A program made the position numbers and the translations under genes. The notes beneath the pieces were generated by a model, which was given only the letters and a program-made list of their open reading frames with translations, searched no databases and was not told where the DNA came from. From Mytilus edulis (Eukaryota), in the NCBI RefSeq assembly GCF_963676685.1, contig NC_092347.1, forward strand, positions 73,222,001 through 73,286,000: a stretch of 64,000 bases of DNA. Reading direction: 5' to 3'. Positions 39,150-51,530 of the stretch are shown here, piece after piece (within the stretch, counting starts at the first letter, position 1; each line of letters begins with the position of its first letter).

Positions 39150-42100
39150 GTCCAATTGCTCTGAAAATTTGATGAAAAAATCCTGTTAAAAAAAAGACGT
39201 TTATACTAAGGAAACGGTCAAACGTACGAATACAATTGTGGGGATTTTAAAGGGATAATGAAATTAACGTAATTTAAAGGAAACCATCTAATGACCGAAT
39301 ATAAAAACGTTTTTATGTAGGTGGGTTCTTGCAGCCGTTTTCTTAAAATTTACGTTAGAAATCCAGCATTCTGGTGCGTGTTTTGCGTTGATAAACCCCT
39401 AAATTTTCATGTCTAGAATGTAGAATTGTGTATAAATACTGTTCCATAAAGCTTCACATGTATTAATTGTATCAGTCAGTCGATATAATAGTTCTAGCAA
39501 TGAAGCCAGTAAGTGTCGTTTATCTGTTCATCCTTATTAATTCATTTTTTTTCTTTCTTATTATTATGTATAGATCTGAAAATGAACCAAAACAGACAAT
39601 TTTTTTTTTTTATCAATATTATTTCATTCAATTTATCTGGCACCCAACATCAATGTTTCCTTATGAAAATTAAATATTCTAAATCTATGAAAAAGATTAA
39701 GTAGTAACCAAAATGTGTGACAGTAGCAACCTAAGTATGTCTTTTCCTTGATATCGTCGCATACTATATTTATAATATTAAGGAAAAATGTATGCATCGT
39801 TAACAAATTCTCAGTTTTAATACTTACAAAGGCAGTGTAATTGTTTGATAATAAAGGTCGTCGTCGTCTTAAGGGAAGCAACCATTCAGCCTTTCGACAA
39901 GTATTACTATGAGAAAAAAATAACATGAACTCCGCTAATGAAGGAATAATAACATGTTTTCCTCCCCTTATTTCATTGACAAATTCAGTATTTAAAATTC
40001 TTCGACCTACGATAATATAAACTATAGTCTCTAAATGAAAATATCATGTTGAAAAAGAAGACGCTTTTCTCTAGAAACGGTAACATTCGCGAACACAATT
40101 TTGAGGATTTTCAGAGGCAAATGAAATTAAACCAAATATAAATGCGTTTTTATGAAGGCACGTTCTTGAAAAAGTTACAAAATTTACATGAGAATTTCAG
40201 CATACTAGTGTGTTTTTCGTTGATAATCCATAAGTTTTCATGTTCAAAATGTAGAAATTGTATAAAAACTGTTACATAAAGCTTCACATGAATCAATTGT
40301 ATCAGTTAGTCAATAGAATATTTCTACCAATGAAGCCAGTTAGTGTCGTTATATGTTTTATTTCATATTGATAAGCATTCCTATGAGGAATAACCAACAT
40401 TTATTCCTCCCCTTATTGCATATATAATATACAATTACAGTCTCTAAATGAAAATATCACGATGAAAAAGAAGACGTTTTTTTGCGGAAACTGTAACATT
40501 CGCGAACACAATTTTGGAGATTTCAAGAGGCAAATGAAATTATCAAGATGTTAAACATTGACTAACCAAATATAAACGCGTTATATTGTAGCCACGTTAT
40601 TGAAAGAGTTGATACATTTTTCTCAAAATTTACATGAGAACATCGGCATACTAGTGTGTGTTTTGCATTGATAATTCCCAAAATATAGAATTTGTATAAA
40701 TACTGTTCCATAAAGTTTACACGAATCAATTGTATCAGTCAGCCGATAGAATATTTTTAACAATAAAGCCAGTGAGTGTCGTTTACGTGTGTGTTTTTCA
40801 TATCAATTCATTTTGAACTTTTTGTTAATATCATGTTCGGATCATAACCTGAACTAAATATCATTTGATTAAATTTATTTGGCACCCTACATCCATATTC
40901 CCTTATGACAAATAGATATTTAAAATCCATGAAAGACGATTAAATACTAACTTCAACATGCCACAGTAGCAACCAAAGTGTGTCTTTTTCTACAATACGT
41001 TTCATATAATATTTACACTATTAAGGAAGAAAGGTATACATCGCTAATAAATTGTAGCATACAAGAAGCGAGGTCAGTGCAATTGATCAGTCTGTCAACA
41101 AAAAGATTGGATAAGATGCTGGTCTATTTTCTAAAATCCAATCACCTAATTACTTTATGCTTGTGGATTTTATTAAAAGGTTTAATTGTCCGTTATCTCT
41201 GTTAAACTGATATTAAGTTAAATCAAAACCAAAAGTTGCAATTATCAAATATATAGAACCATACTATTACGGTACACTCGGAAGGGGCGTAACACGAAAT
41301 TCCTTATTTACATTTAGGGGTTTTATACTCATGTTTAATATCTACAAAGGCAGTGTGATTATTTGATAAAATTGTTCGTCTTGAAGGAATCAACAATTCA
41401 GCCTTTTGACAAGTATTCCTATGAGGGAAAACAACATGTACCCCTCCCCTTATTGCAGTGACCAATCCAGATTTTTTTTATTCATCGACCTACGATACAC
41501 TTATAAACTCGAAAGAATTTAAAACATATTATTTTTTCCGCTTGGTCTTAGATGCACATAAACCTTATAACTAACCAAAAGTGGACAAGAAACTTTATCA
41601 AACATATGTTTGGTTAGGTATGAAATAACACAACATTGATAATAATTATATGTGGAGGTGAACTACTTCGGACATTTCCTAATAATAAGTGGGAATAGTA
41701 TCTGTGACATCCGCCGCCCATGCAAATTTAACAAATGTTAAGCATATTTTGTGAGATAACACTTATAGTCCTGAATGAAAATATCGTGTTGAACAAAAGT
41801 AGACATTTTACGCAGAAAACGGTAAAACTTACGAAAACAATTTTGGGGATTTTGACAGGCAAATGAAATTAGCGTCAAGTATAACAACTACTGTCCAAAT
41901 ATTAGAGCGCTTTTATGTAGGCGCATGCTTGAAGGAGTTACCCTTTTCTTAAAATTTACATTAAAATTCCAGCATACTGGTGTTTGTTTTGCGTTAATAA
42001 TCCTTAAATTTCCGTGTCCAGACTTTTGTATAAATACTGTTCCATAAAGCTTCACATGAATAAATTGTTTCACTCAGCCGATAGACTATTTCTAGCAATG

Positions 42101-42670
42101 AAGCCAGTAAGTGTCGTTCATGTTTAGCCATAGTAATTTATTATATTTTTTCTAAATATTATCGTCGGATCAGAATATGAACTTAACCATACAAAATGTT
42201 CTTTTTTATAAATATTTTTGACTCAACTTATCTGGCACCCTACATTCATATTTCCTTATGAAAATTTGATATTTTAAATCCATGATTAACGATGAAGTAG
42301 TTACGATAATTTTAGACAGTAGCAACCAAAGTATGTCTTTTCCTTTGTTTCGTTGCATACATGTACTATATTTACAATATTAAGGAAGAAAGGTATATGC
42401 ATCGATAATACATTGTAGTATACAAATAATTTGCTTGATGCCACATTTTAAAAACTATCTATGTGTTAGTCTTAAAATGTATTTTCCTTTTATGGAATAC
42501 AATAAGCATGTCAGTATAATTGACCAGTTTGTCTTAAGAAAATTGGATAAGATAGTGGTCTATCTCCAAAATCCAATCATTTAATTACTTTAGTTATGCA
42601 TGTTGCTTTACTTTAAAGGTTAAAGTGTTCTCTCTGTTTAACTGATATTAAGTTAAATTAAAACACAAGT
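39150..42670 (+). promoter_or_regulatory. Array of four diverged copies of the gene 2 promoter/exon-1 cassette
   Basis: TATAAA(T/A)A at 39431, 40261, 40695 and 42029. Each is followed 68-69 nt later by ATG AAG CCA|GT(A/T/G)AGT at 39500, 40330, 40763 (ATG mutated to ATA) and 42098. Flanking sequence is also repeated. Confidence 0.75.
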
Positions 42671-45600
42671 CTTTTCCCAATGTTCAAATTGTACGATATC
42701 AGAACGGATCAAGCCCGAGTGGGTCTACTAATTGTATTGTTTCTTGTTCCATTGAAGGTTATTAACATCCGTATATGTGGAAGGATCGAGTGACGTTTAT
42801 TCATAGTCATTTATTTCGATCATTTTAACGATTGCCCTTTTTTTTATATTTAAATTAATTGTTAAATTGCACTCACTTTATCATATAAACCTTATATTTT
42901 TCAGACTCTCCTTATCTCGATTTTATGTCTTGGATATTTTGTACGGACATCGTATGCACTGCCTATTTTATGCAGTAACGAATCACCGGGAAACATCTTG
43001 AGATTACGTATACTTGACAGAATACATTCCAATGCACTGAGTTTAGCAGAATCTTTAAAACTAAAAACAGTAAGTAAAAATCATGGTATTTATCATAAAT
43101 GGCATTCAAAATGCTAAACATAGTGCATAGTAACAAATCATGTATGTGTTAAAGTATTCAAGACGTATGAAAGTTAAAAAAACAAATCGACAAAAGGGAG
43201 CAAATATTACACAAATTGATTATTAACCTATCAATTGAGTTGCTATTTATCGCCTCTCTTTCGCTATGTCAGTCTATTTGTACTAATTACGGAAACTACT
43301 GCTGAGCAAAAAAAGGTGGAAAATAATATTGTGCTTATTGTACCTGAATTTGCATTGGTTCAAACACCTCATTAGCAAGAAACATGATTAAGATTTAAAC
43401 AACCACTTTATTTATCAAATCTATTTTACCCTTCCCCTAAAACAAACTATAAAATGAAACACATGTTAATTTTCATGTTTTGTAATTTAATAAACCAAAT
43501 AAAAGCTTTTACCATACATCTTTTTTTAAGTGTCAGAATCAAGGTACTGCGAAAGTTTATAACATTTGGGTATATTCTAATCAACTGAGTCTTATGATTT
43601 GAGAATTCAAAATGTATTCCGTAGTGAAAAATGGTAAACATCAATTTTAATTGTCTTTTTTGGGGGAAAATGTCAATCTTAAGCTGGAGTTAGAAAGTGC
43701 AGTAATTGTTTTGTACTAACAGTAATATCAACATGTGAAGATTTTAAAAACACTGCGATCTTATTTAGTAATTACCGGATTTGTTTTCACATAAGCAACA
43801 CGACGGGTGCCACATGTGGAGCAGGATCTGCTTACCCTTCCGGAGCACCTGAGATCACCCCTAGTTTTTGGTGGGGTTCGTGTTTTTTATTCTTTAGTTT
43901 TCTATGTTGTGTCATCTGACTATTGTTTGTCTGTTTTTATTTTTAGCCATGGCGTTGCCAGTTTATTTCCGATTGATGAGTTTGACTGTCCCTTTGGTAT
44001 CTTTCGTCCCTCTTTTAGTATATAAAAGTACGATCTCTGTTTAATTTTTATTTAAATTTTAATTTTTAATTCAATACAATTGTTATCAAAAATATCTTTC
44101 AGAGTTCACATGTCTCAGACTTGCTTAAACAACTTTTAGACCATGCAGCTCCTCCATCTGGATTCCCTAGCATATCATCTAATGCAAGCTGCTCTGACTG
44201 TAATCAGGTATGTTATCAATTATAAGAATCATTTGCAGCATTTAGCATTCAATACAAGAGGTTACATGTATTCTTTAAAAGAAAATATATTTTGGTATAT
44301 AACCTTATTTCTGACACACGAGAGAGCAAATGCGATGACAGATAATCTTTTTTTCTGACACAAAAGAGTGCAAATACGATGACGGCTATTGATAAACCTA
44401 TTTATTACACATGAGAGTGCTAATGAGTGATGACGGTTGTTGATAAAGTAAAGATGACACATGTTTTTATCATTTGATTGACGTTGCATGATTAGTGAGT
44501 GGCAAGGGAACAATGTTATATACAATCAAGACGCCATCAAGGAAGCAAAAACAATAGATAGGTTATGCGATGTAGGTCGACTAGGATGAGAGGAGTCAAA
44601 TGTATTTCTGTCATGGATAAATAAAGATAGAAAGATAGAAATAGAAAAATGTGGTGTGAGTGCCAATGAGACAAATCTCCATATAAATAACAATTTATAA
44701 AAGTAAACCATTATAAATCAATTGACGGCCTTCAACAAGGAGCCTTGGCTCACACCGAACAACAAGCTATAAAGGGCCCCAAAATTACTAGTTTGAAACC
44801 ATTCAAACGGGAAAACCAACTGTCTATAAAAAAACGAGAAACAAGAAACACTTATAAATTACATAAACAAACGACAACTACTGTACATCAAATTCATGAC
44901 TTAGGACAGGTGCAAACATTTGCAGCCTGATTAAACGTTTTAATGGTACCAAACCTTCTCCCCTTTTCTGAAACAGTAGTATAACATCACAACATAGAAA
45001 AACACACGATAAAATAGCAATTGGAAGGCTTAACTCAAACAAAAGAACTGTTTTGTGCATATTGGATTTAACTCAATTGTCATTTAAGTGGTTGGCAAGG
45101 CACACACATATCTTTTTTAAATCTTCGTCTTTCCGGTTGAAAGCATCTGTTTCAAATTGCCATTTTTTTTTATTTGTCAACTGTTGTTTTTTGGGTAAAT
45201 TTGTTACTAGTAGTGTCTATTGGCCATGTACATTAAACCTACCCGCGTTTTAAATTTCCAGTTCACGAATCATTTGAATGAAACATGAATAAACAAAGTC
45301 ATGTGATTGTTAATGAAAAACCACCCCTTCTTACAAACAGTTTCTTACTTCAATCAAGCAATCAACAAAGAAATTGTTAAAAAATGTTAACTCATACATA
45401 TCACTGTTCTGAAGTCATTTCTGTCTCTTTCTCTGAACGAATTATACTACTAGTAGGTTTTTTAAAGCCATCTTTTAGTTGTTTCCTACATAAAATAAAA
45501 CTTTGTTCTTTTAAAAACATTCGAGTACATTAAGGGCATGAACACGATATTTACATATGAATTAGATTAACACATATATAAACTAATTTTTCATACTTAA

Positions 45601-46028
45601 CGTAACATATCTTAAAAACTGCATTTTGATTATGTGGAAATAGTATGCAAACCATATAATAAAGTAAAATAAATGTTTTATACTTAGGGCGACTATATTC
45701 TATTCATTCAATTCAAAATTGATTATTATTGCAGACAAGCTGTTTTGAAGAGGACCTTGCACCAATTGAAAATTTGATGAGGTTCATAAACAGTTATATG
45801 TCTTCAAGTTATTCTACAGAAATTGTGAGCATTACATCCGAGTTATCTGTGATCCGCGAACTTATGGGTGGAGATGCAATAGATATGTCAAATATATTTC
45901 AATTAAAGAGTTTAACCCAGAACACGGATACAGATTACATTGCTGCAAAGGATACAGATTACATTATTGCAAAAGATACTCTCAATTTTATCAATAAACT
46001 TAAACAACGCTACGAAACACGTGTTTAA
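42098..46028 (+). CDS. Gene 2: secreted helical cytokine-like paralog, 4 exons, 190 aa
   Basis: Exons 42098-42106 (MKP|gtaagt), 42905-43069, 44103-44207 and 45735-46028, all phase 0 and GT-AG: MKPTLLISILCLGYFVRTSYA/LPILCSNESPGNILRLRILDRIHSNALSLAESLKLKTSSHVSDLLKQLLDHAAPPSGFPSISSNASCSDCNQTSCFEEDLAPIENLMRFINSYMSSSYSTEIVSITSELSVIRELMGGDAIDMSNIFQLKSLTQNTDTDYIAAKDTDYIIAKDTLNFINKLKQRYETRV*. Exons 2-3 are clearly homologous to gene 3, and the GFP and DYIxxKDT motifs are shared with gene 1. Confidence 0.85.
43770..44015 (+). mobile_element. Repeat family B (PLE 3' end) in gene 2 intron 2
   Basis: Near-identical to 56240-56492, the 3' UTR of the PLE at 55538. Further copies are at about 6670-6905, 14845-14980, 17835-18010, 27065-27260 (all minus) and 54195-54388. 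Confidence 0.85.
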
Positions 46029-47407
46029 AGTGTCACGTGTTATTTTCCTATAAGTATTATGGGTAACTAACTTTGTTCAGTATCTGAACTTCCTGTATTA
46101 TCTAATATTTTGGTAAATATTGTATAGAGATATATTTAAATTAAAATTTAATTTAATTTTCATAAATTGTATGTACTAATGAATATAAATGAATAATTGT
46201 GTACCGACATAAATCTATATATATAAATATAGGAATACATTTTTTTCACTTCTCATTGGTCTTTTTGTCCTTGTTTACAAATTAATGATTCAATAGACAG
46301 AGTTACAGTTTGTCACACTTTGGTTTTTTTTATTAAATTTGCCTGAGATATACGAATTTAAATGATTTGGATAATTGCTAGTTGTGTTTTTCAATTACTA
46401 ATATTTATCAATTAAATAGCTATTTTTTTGTGGTCTTAACGATCTCGACCATATATAGCAACTCTTGTTTTTGTTAGCTATTGTTTACCATGTGTTTGAT
46501 CATTTTGGGTAATACACTTTATGATATTTTGCCATACTTAACGTATATTTTGTTATTTGATTCTAATATGTTTTTTAATGTTATGTCTTTTTGGGCATTG
46601 AATCTTTATACCTTTTATTGCATGACTTTAATTTAAAATTCGTTTATAAGTAAAGAATATATATCTACACGTATGACTATATCTTATCTTTATTTCACTC
46701 AAAAAAAAGAAGAAAACACCGAAAAAGAAACACAAGAACAAAACATAAGCAATTGATAACATGATCATAAACATGTAGTTCGGCATTTCGTCAATCATTG
46801 TTTATCTCATTATTTCAATTTACTTCATTCAGCTTGATTAAGTTGGAAACATGCTGCAAAAAACATCTGTATATTTAGACAGTTTTGATAAGGCTGATGT
46901 TTTCACAAGATCGTGCAAGCTTATTCGTCCCTTTTTCTGCAATTGTATCGTATCTCCTTTGTGGAGACATTATGGTAAACCTATATATAAAAAGAAATTC
47001 GGTCATGTAACTTTAAAATGTCTATAAAGCAATATTCTTACGGATTATTTATCTCCTATCTGATACAACATCCGATAGCCTGTTATATATAGTATCATGA
47101 TGTTCTTGATAGAGAATAGTTCCTAGTATGAAAAGTATGACGAAAATACAAAATCCAAGGTAAATTCAAAGAAGGAAGAGTCAAACTCAAACCTTATGAA
47201 AATGTTTTTTTTAAACCTGGTCGTATAGCTAGCTAAACCTCTCACTTGTATGACATTTTTTTTAGTTCCATTATATTGACAATATTGGTTGAGCAACTCA
47301 AACAGACAAACAGGCCGTACCTTGACCTATAATGGTTTACTTTTATAAATTGGCATTTGGATGGAGAGTTGCCTCATTGGCACTCATATCACATCTTCCT
47401 ATAACTA

Positions 47408-48158
47408 TCTATAATACTAAAATTACGAGGTCCAATTTGTCAGCCGTCATCACGTAAAAACGACGAATCAAAGAATTCAACTTTATATATAACTAATATA
47501 GTACAAAGGTGTAGATTAAAAATTACACCACTCCAGGCCCTTTTGTTTTCCACGTAATTAATATTGCCAATAATTAAGAAGTTCCGGGTTGAGTCCGATA
47601 CCGATACCAATAGTATATTCACCTGTTACCGATTACCTTATCTGTCCGTTCCGCATTAGACAGGCGCACCACCAAACGGTGTATTCAGTATTAATATGCT
47701 ACTATATAGTATAACACGGGTCATATTCACAGGGTTGACACTACTTAATTGTCAAATTGTTACCTATTGTAGTACTTTAATCAGTTAGACTTTCTAATAT
47801 TACAATACGAATACTAAAAATCTGGACTAAAATAAGGCGTATAGGTACAGTTAGCGGGCATGACGTAAAACAGCGAACCAAAGAATTCAACTTTATTTAT
47901 AACTAATATAGGACAATGCTGTTGATTAAAAAATATTCCATTCCAGGACCTTTTCTTTTCCAAATAATTAATATTATCAATAACTGATAAGTTCCAGTTC
48001 GACGGGTTCAAACCGAAAGATTTGAAAGCAGAGAAAACTGTGTATCTTATAATCGGCATGAATTTATCAGATGACAATACTAATACTTAAATAAGGCTTG
48101 CGCATAGTTATATACTTTAATTCAGTCACGGACCCGTGATATCACGGGTGTGTTCTAG
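47408..48158 (+). mobile_element. Non-autonomous Helitron (751 bp)
   Basis: 5' TCTATAATAC and 3' CTAG, with a perfect 18-bp palindrome ACCCGTGATATCACGGGT (48132-48149) just upstream of the end. It is inserted between A and T without a TSD and has an internal direct repeat of about 140 bp. Confidence 0.85.
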
Positions 48159-51100
48159 TATAATATAAAAATGTAACAATGATTATGATCCATCAACCAA
48201 AACTGTTTAACATACATTACAGACTTACAAAACAACAGACTAACAATTAAACAAAAATAAAAGCAAATCAAACGAAGACGTCAACAATATGTGTGTTGTT
48301 GTAAGTGATAGTATAATAACAAAGACGCCTATCTTTAGTTGATAGTAAATTCGATATATAGTGCACACCTTCTCTAAAAAGTATAAATTGAAAAAATATA
48401 AATACAAAGGTAAAACAAATGAAAAGCAACACTGTCAAAACATCTTGTGTCCGAATCAAACCACACAACCCAATTCAATCAGGAAAGCCAAAAGTCAAAA
48501 AAACATAAAAGCGGGATGCATAAAAACCCTGTAGCGTCAAAAGTTATATGAGTTTGACTATCCCTCAGGTTTCTGTCGTCCCTTTTATAAGACAAATAAA
48601 TCAATTGAAATTTTGATACTATTTAAATGTACCAACATTGAAAACGAGCTGATAAAACTGAAAAAGGACTTATTTTAAAAAAGAAAAATAATGTTGGACG
48701 ATTGATTCTAATCAACATGATATTCTCCTCCAAATAATGAATCTTCATCCCGTATGTTTAAATTTTATACCTAGTTTAGGCTTTCGAAGTATTATTTGAT
48801 AGATTTTTTTGGTGGTTTATTTTCAAACACAACTGGTAAGGATAACTAATTATTTATTTCCAGTGAAATATGTATTGAGAATAAAGACTAGTAAAATTCA
48901 AAATGGAAATGAGGAATGTGTCAAATAAACTCATCATAGATATATGGATTCAAATTTTATATATACGCCAGACGCGCGTTTCGTCTACAAAAAGACTTAT
49001 CAGTGACGCTCGAATAAAAAATGTTTTAAAGGCCATATAAAGTACGAAGTTGAAGAGCATTGAGAACCGAAAATGCCTCAAAGAGACAACAACCCGACCA
49101 TAGAGCAGACAACAGCCGAAGTCCACCAATGAATGTTCAATGCAGCGAGAAACTCCCGCACCCGGAAGAGTCCTTCAGCTAGCCCCTAAACAAATTATTA
49201 TTTTACTAGTTCCGTGTTAATGGGCGTCATACTTAACTCAGAATAATATACAAGAAATTTAAATTAAAAATGTAAATAAGATTGAGAATGGAAATAGGGA
49301 ATGTGTCAAAGAGACAACCCGACCATAGAAAAGACAACAGCAGAAGGTCACCAACAGGTCTTCTTTACTCGTTGACCTCAGAGTGATGTGTTCCTTTGTA
49401 GACAGATATTAATTTATACGATATGCAATAGATTGCAGCTGCTACTTAAACTTAGTGAAATGCCATCGAGGGAGTCCGTCCATAGACAAATAGTCTTAGC
49501 TTGGCAGATCGCATTATGAATTGACAATTTGGAATTTGCGGTTACCTTCCATAGCAATTAACGAAATTTTGTTCACCAGGTTTACCCACGATCAACAACT
49601 AGAATTTTCAGATAAGAATGGTAGTTTCATGTTAATGGTTCTAAAAGCTCTTCGACTACTTACATTGTTTTTCCATTTGACTTTAATGATTTGAGCGTAA
49701 ATGCTGAGTCTTTTGTAGACTAAAAGCGCTTTTGACATACAAAGTAACAAGCTTAGTATCTTTGATGAGTAAACTACGTCCTGTTTGTTTATAAATATCA
49801 TAGAAAGTATGGAACTAGAATATATGACAAACATGACGATCAAACTTCCTAATGGTAAACTTCCAATTTCTCAGCAGTAACATACACTCTGCTCTGCGAA
49901 AGAAAATAATATATCGTAGTTATTTAGTTAGGCTCTTCCATGTTCACACTCTTTTTGGCTCTCTAACGATTATGTTTTTTTTCACACAAAAACTGCTGCA
50001 ACAAAATAATTAGGATCATCCAACTTTTTAAACTTTATGATCAACACCACAAATTGGTTAACCAATACGATATGACGGTGTTTTTACTCACTAGCGTCAT
50101 GTTTTCGTGGTCAAAAATCTGTTTAAAGTACCAATAGAGTCGTCTCATTTGTAATGTTACCTGTTTGTCCTATTCCCAGTGGGGATATATCAAGTGGGTA
50201 TAGATTTGCATAACAAGTGGTGCATGCAGAACTGTAAAGAATATAATTGTTGGACATCTTAAATGCTCTTGGAATGGCATTGAGTGAATCTATAAGTTGC
50301 CTTGCCTCTAAGAAATATTAACATAATTGAATGTGTAGTAAAACATTAAAAGAAAATAAATGTAATAGATGTTTTATAATTATGACATTCTTGTCGCCTA
50401 GCCTTTTTTCCTACTCCTTAAATTTAAAAATATATCAAGACAATGTTTATTTTGTTTCATACAAAAATATCAAGCAGTTCATAATATCAATCGTGCTCTT
50501 TGTGTACAGTAATATTACCAAACTAACTGCTCCAAATGCGCATTTCGAAAATTAATGTAAGTAAGTAAGTAAGTAATTAGTTTATTACAGTGTCACAATC
50601 TAACATTATACATAATATATTATACATCAGATAAAAACATCATAAAAATATATTAGATCCCTGCCTTAAAAGACATATGAGACACTTTTACTTCATGCTC
50701 ATTAAATGCATACACAATTTAAAACATTTAAAATAATGTCTCATGGGTCGAAATATTTTGAAAAATCGTTTTTAGTATCATTCGAGATAGAATTGGTCCT
50801 TAAATTTATCAAGCTACATTGTCATCAAGACAAGTTAATTCTCGAAAGTTACCGTTTGTTGAGGAGTAGTATTACAAACGAAGAACAAACCATGTTAAAG
50901 TTCTAGTTCGGCTACGAACATAAACTATTTATCAAATAAAACTAAACAGTATTCGAGATATCATCTCACCTGACAAGTGCAATTAAGCATCTTTATAGAT
51001 TTTATATACAATTACCAATGTTCATTTTTATATCTGCATGATCTTATCCACTGCTTCAATATATTATTAATCTATACAGACTCTACAAAAGAAATAAATT

Positions 51101-51199
51101 ATGTTACAAATTAATTATTTAAACTTTGTACAATCTTTAAAACGTCCACTTAAATCATCATTTCAAGAATTAATACTTAAACTTTCAAACTTTTATAAA

Positions 51200-51530
51200 T
51201 AGTTATCGAAGGTATCAGGATTATAATTTAATACGACATACGCGCGTTTCGTCTACATAAGACTAAGCAGTGACGCTCAGATAAAAAAAAAGATAAAAAA
51301 GAAAGAAGTACAACGTTGAAGAGCATTGAGGACCCAAAATTCCAAAACGTTGTGATAAATACGGCTAAGATAATCTTTGCCTAGGATAAGAAAATCCTTA
51401 AGTTTTTTTTTAAAAATCAAGGATTTGTAAACAAGAAATTTATCAAAATGACCATATAATTGATATTCATGTCTGTCAACTCTAAAGGGCTGACTACTGG
51501 GCTGGTGATACCCTCGGGGACGAAACGCAA
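51200..51530 (-). mobile_element. Retrozyme-like repeat with mutated hammerhead
   Basis: Same family as 14741; the core reads CTGCTTA. Related remnants are at about 15365-15520, 15985-16180, 48925-49080, 54410-54600 (minus) and 55075-55310 (plus). Confidence 0.7.

Noticed and set aside
46134-46155. ATTTA pentamers in the gene 2 3' UTR as cytokine-type AU-rich elements
   Set aside because: Expected by chance at about 70% AT, and there is no extended UUAUUUAUU cluster.
51502-51527. CTGGTGA...GACGAAAC as an opposite-polarity hammerhead
   Set aside because: Core A6 is substituted, stem II pairs poorly, and no stem III or cleavage site follows.
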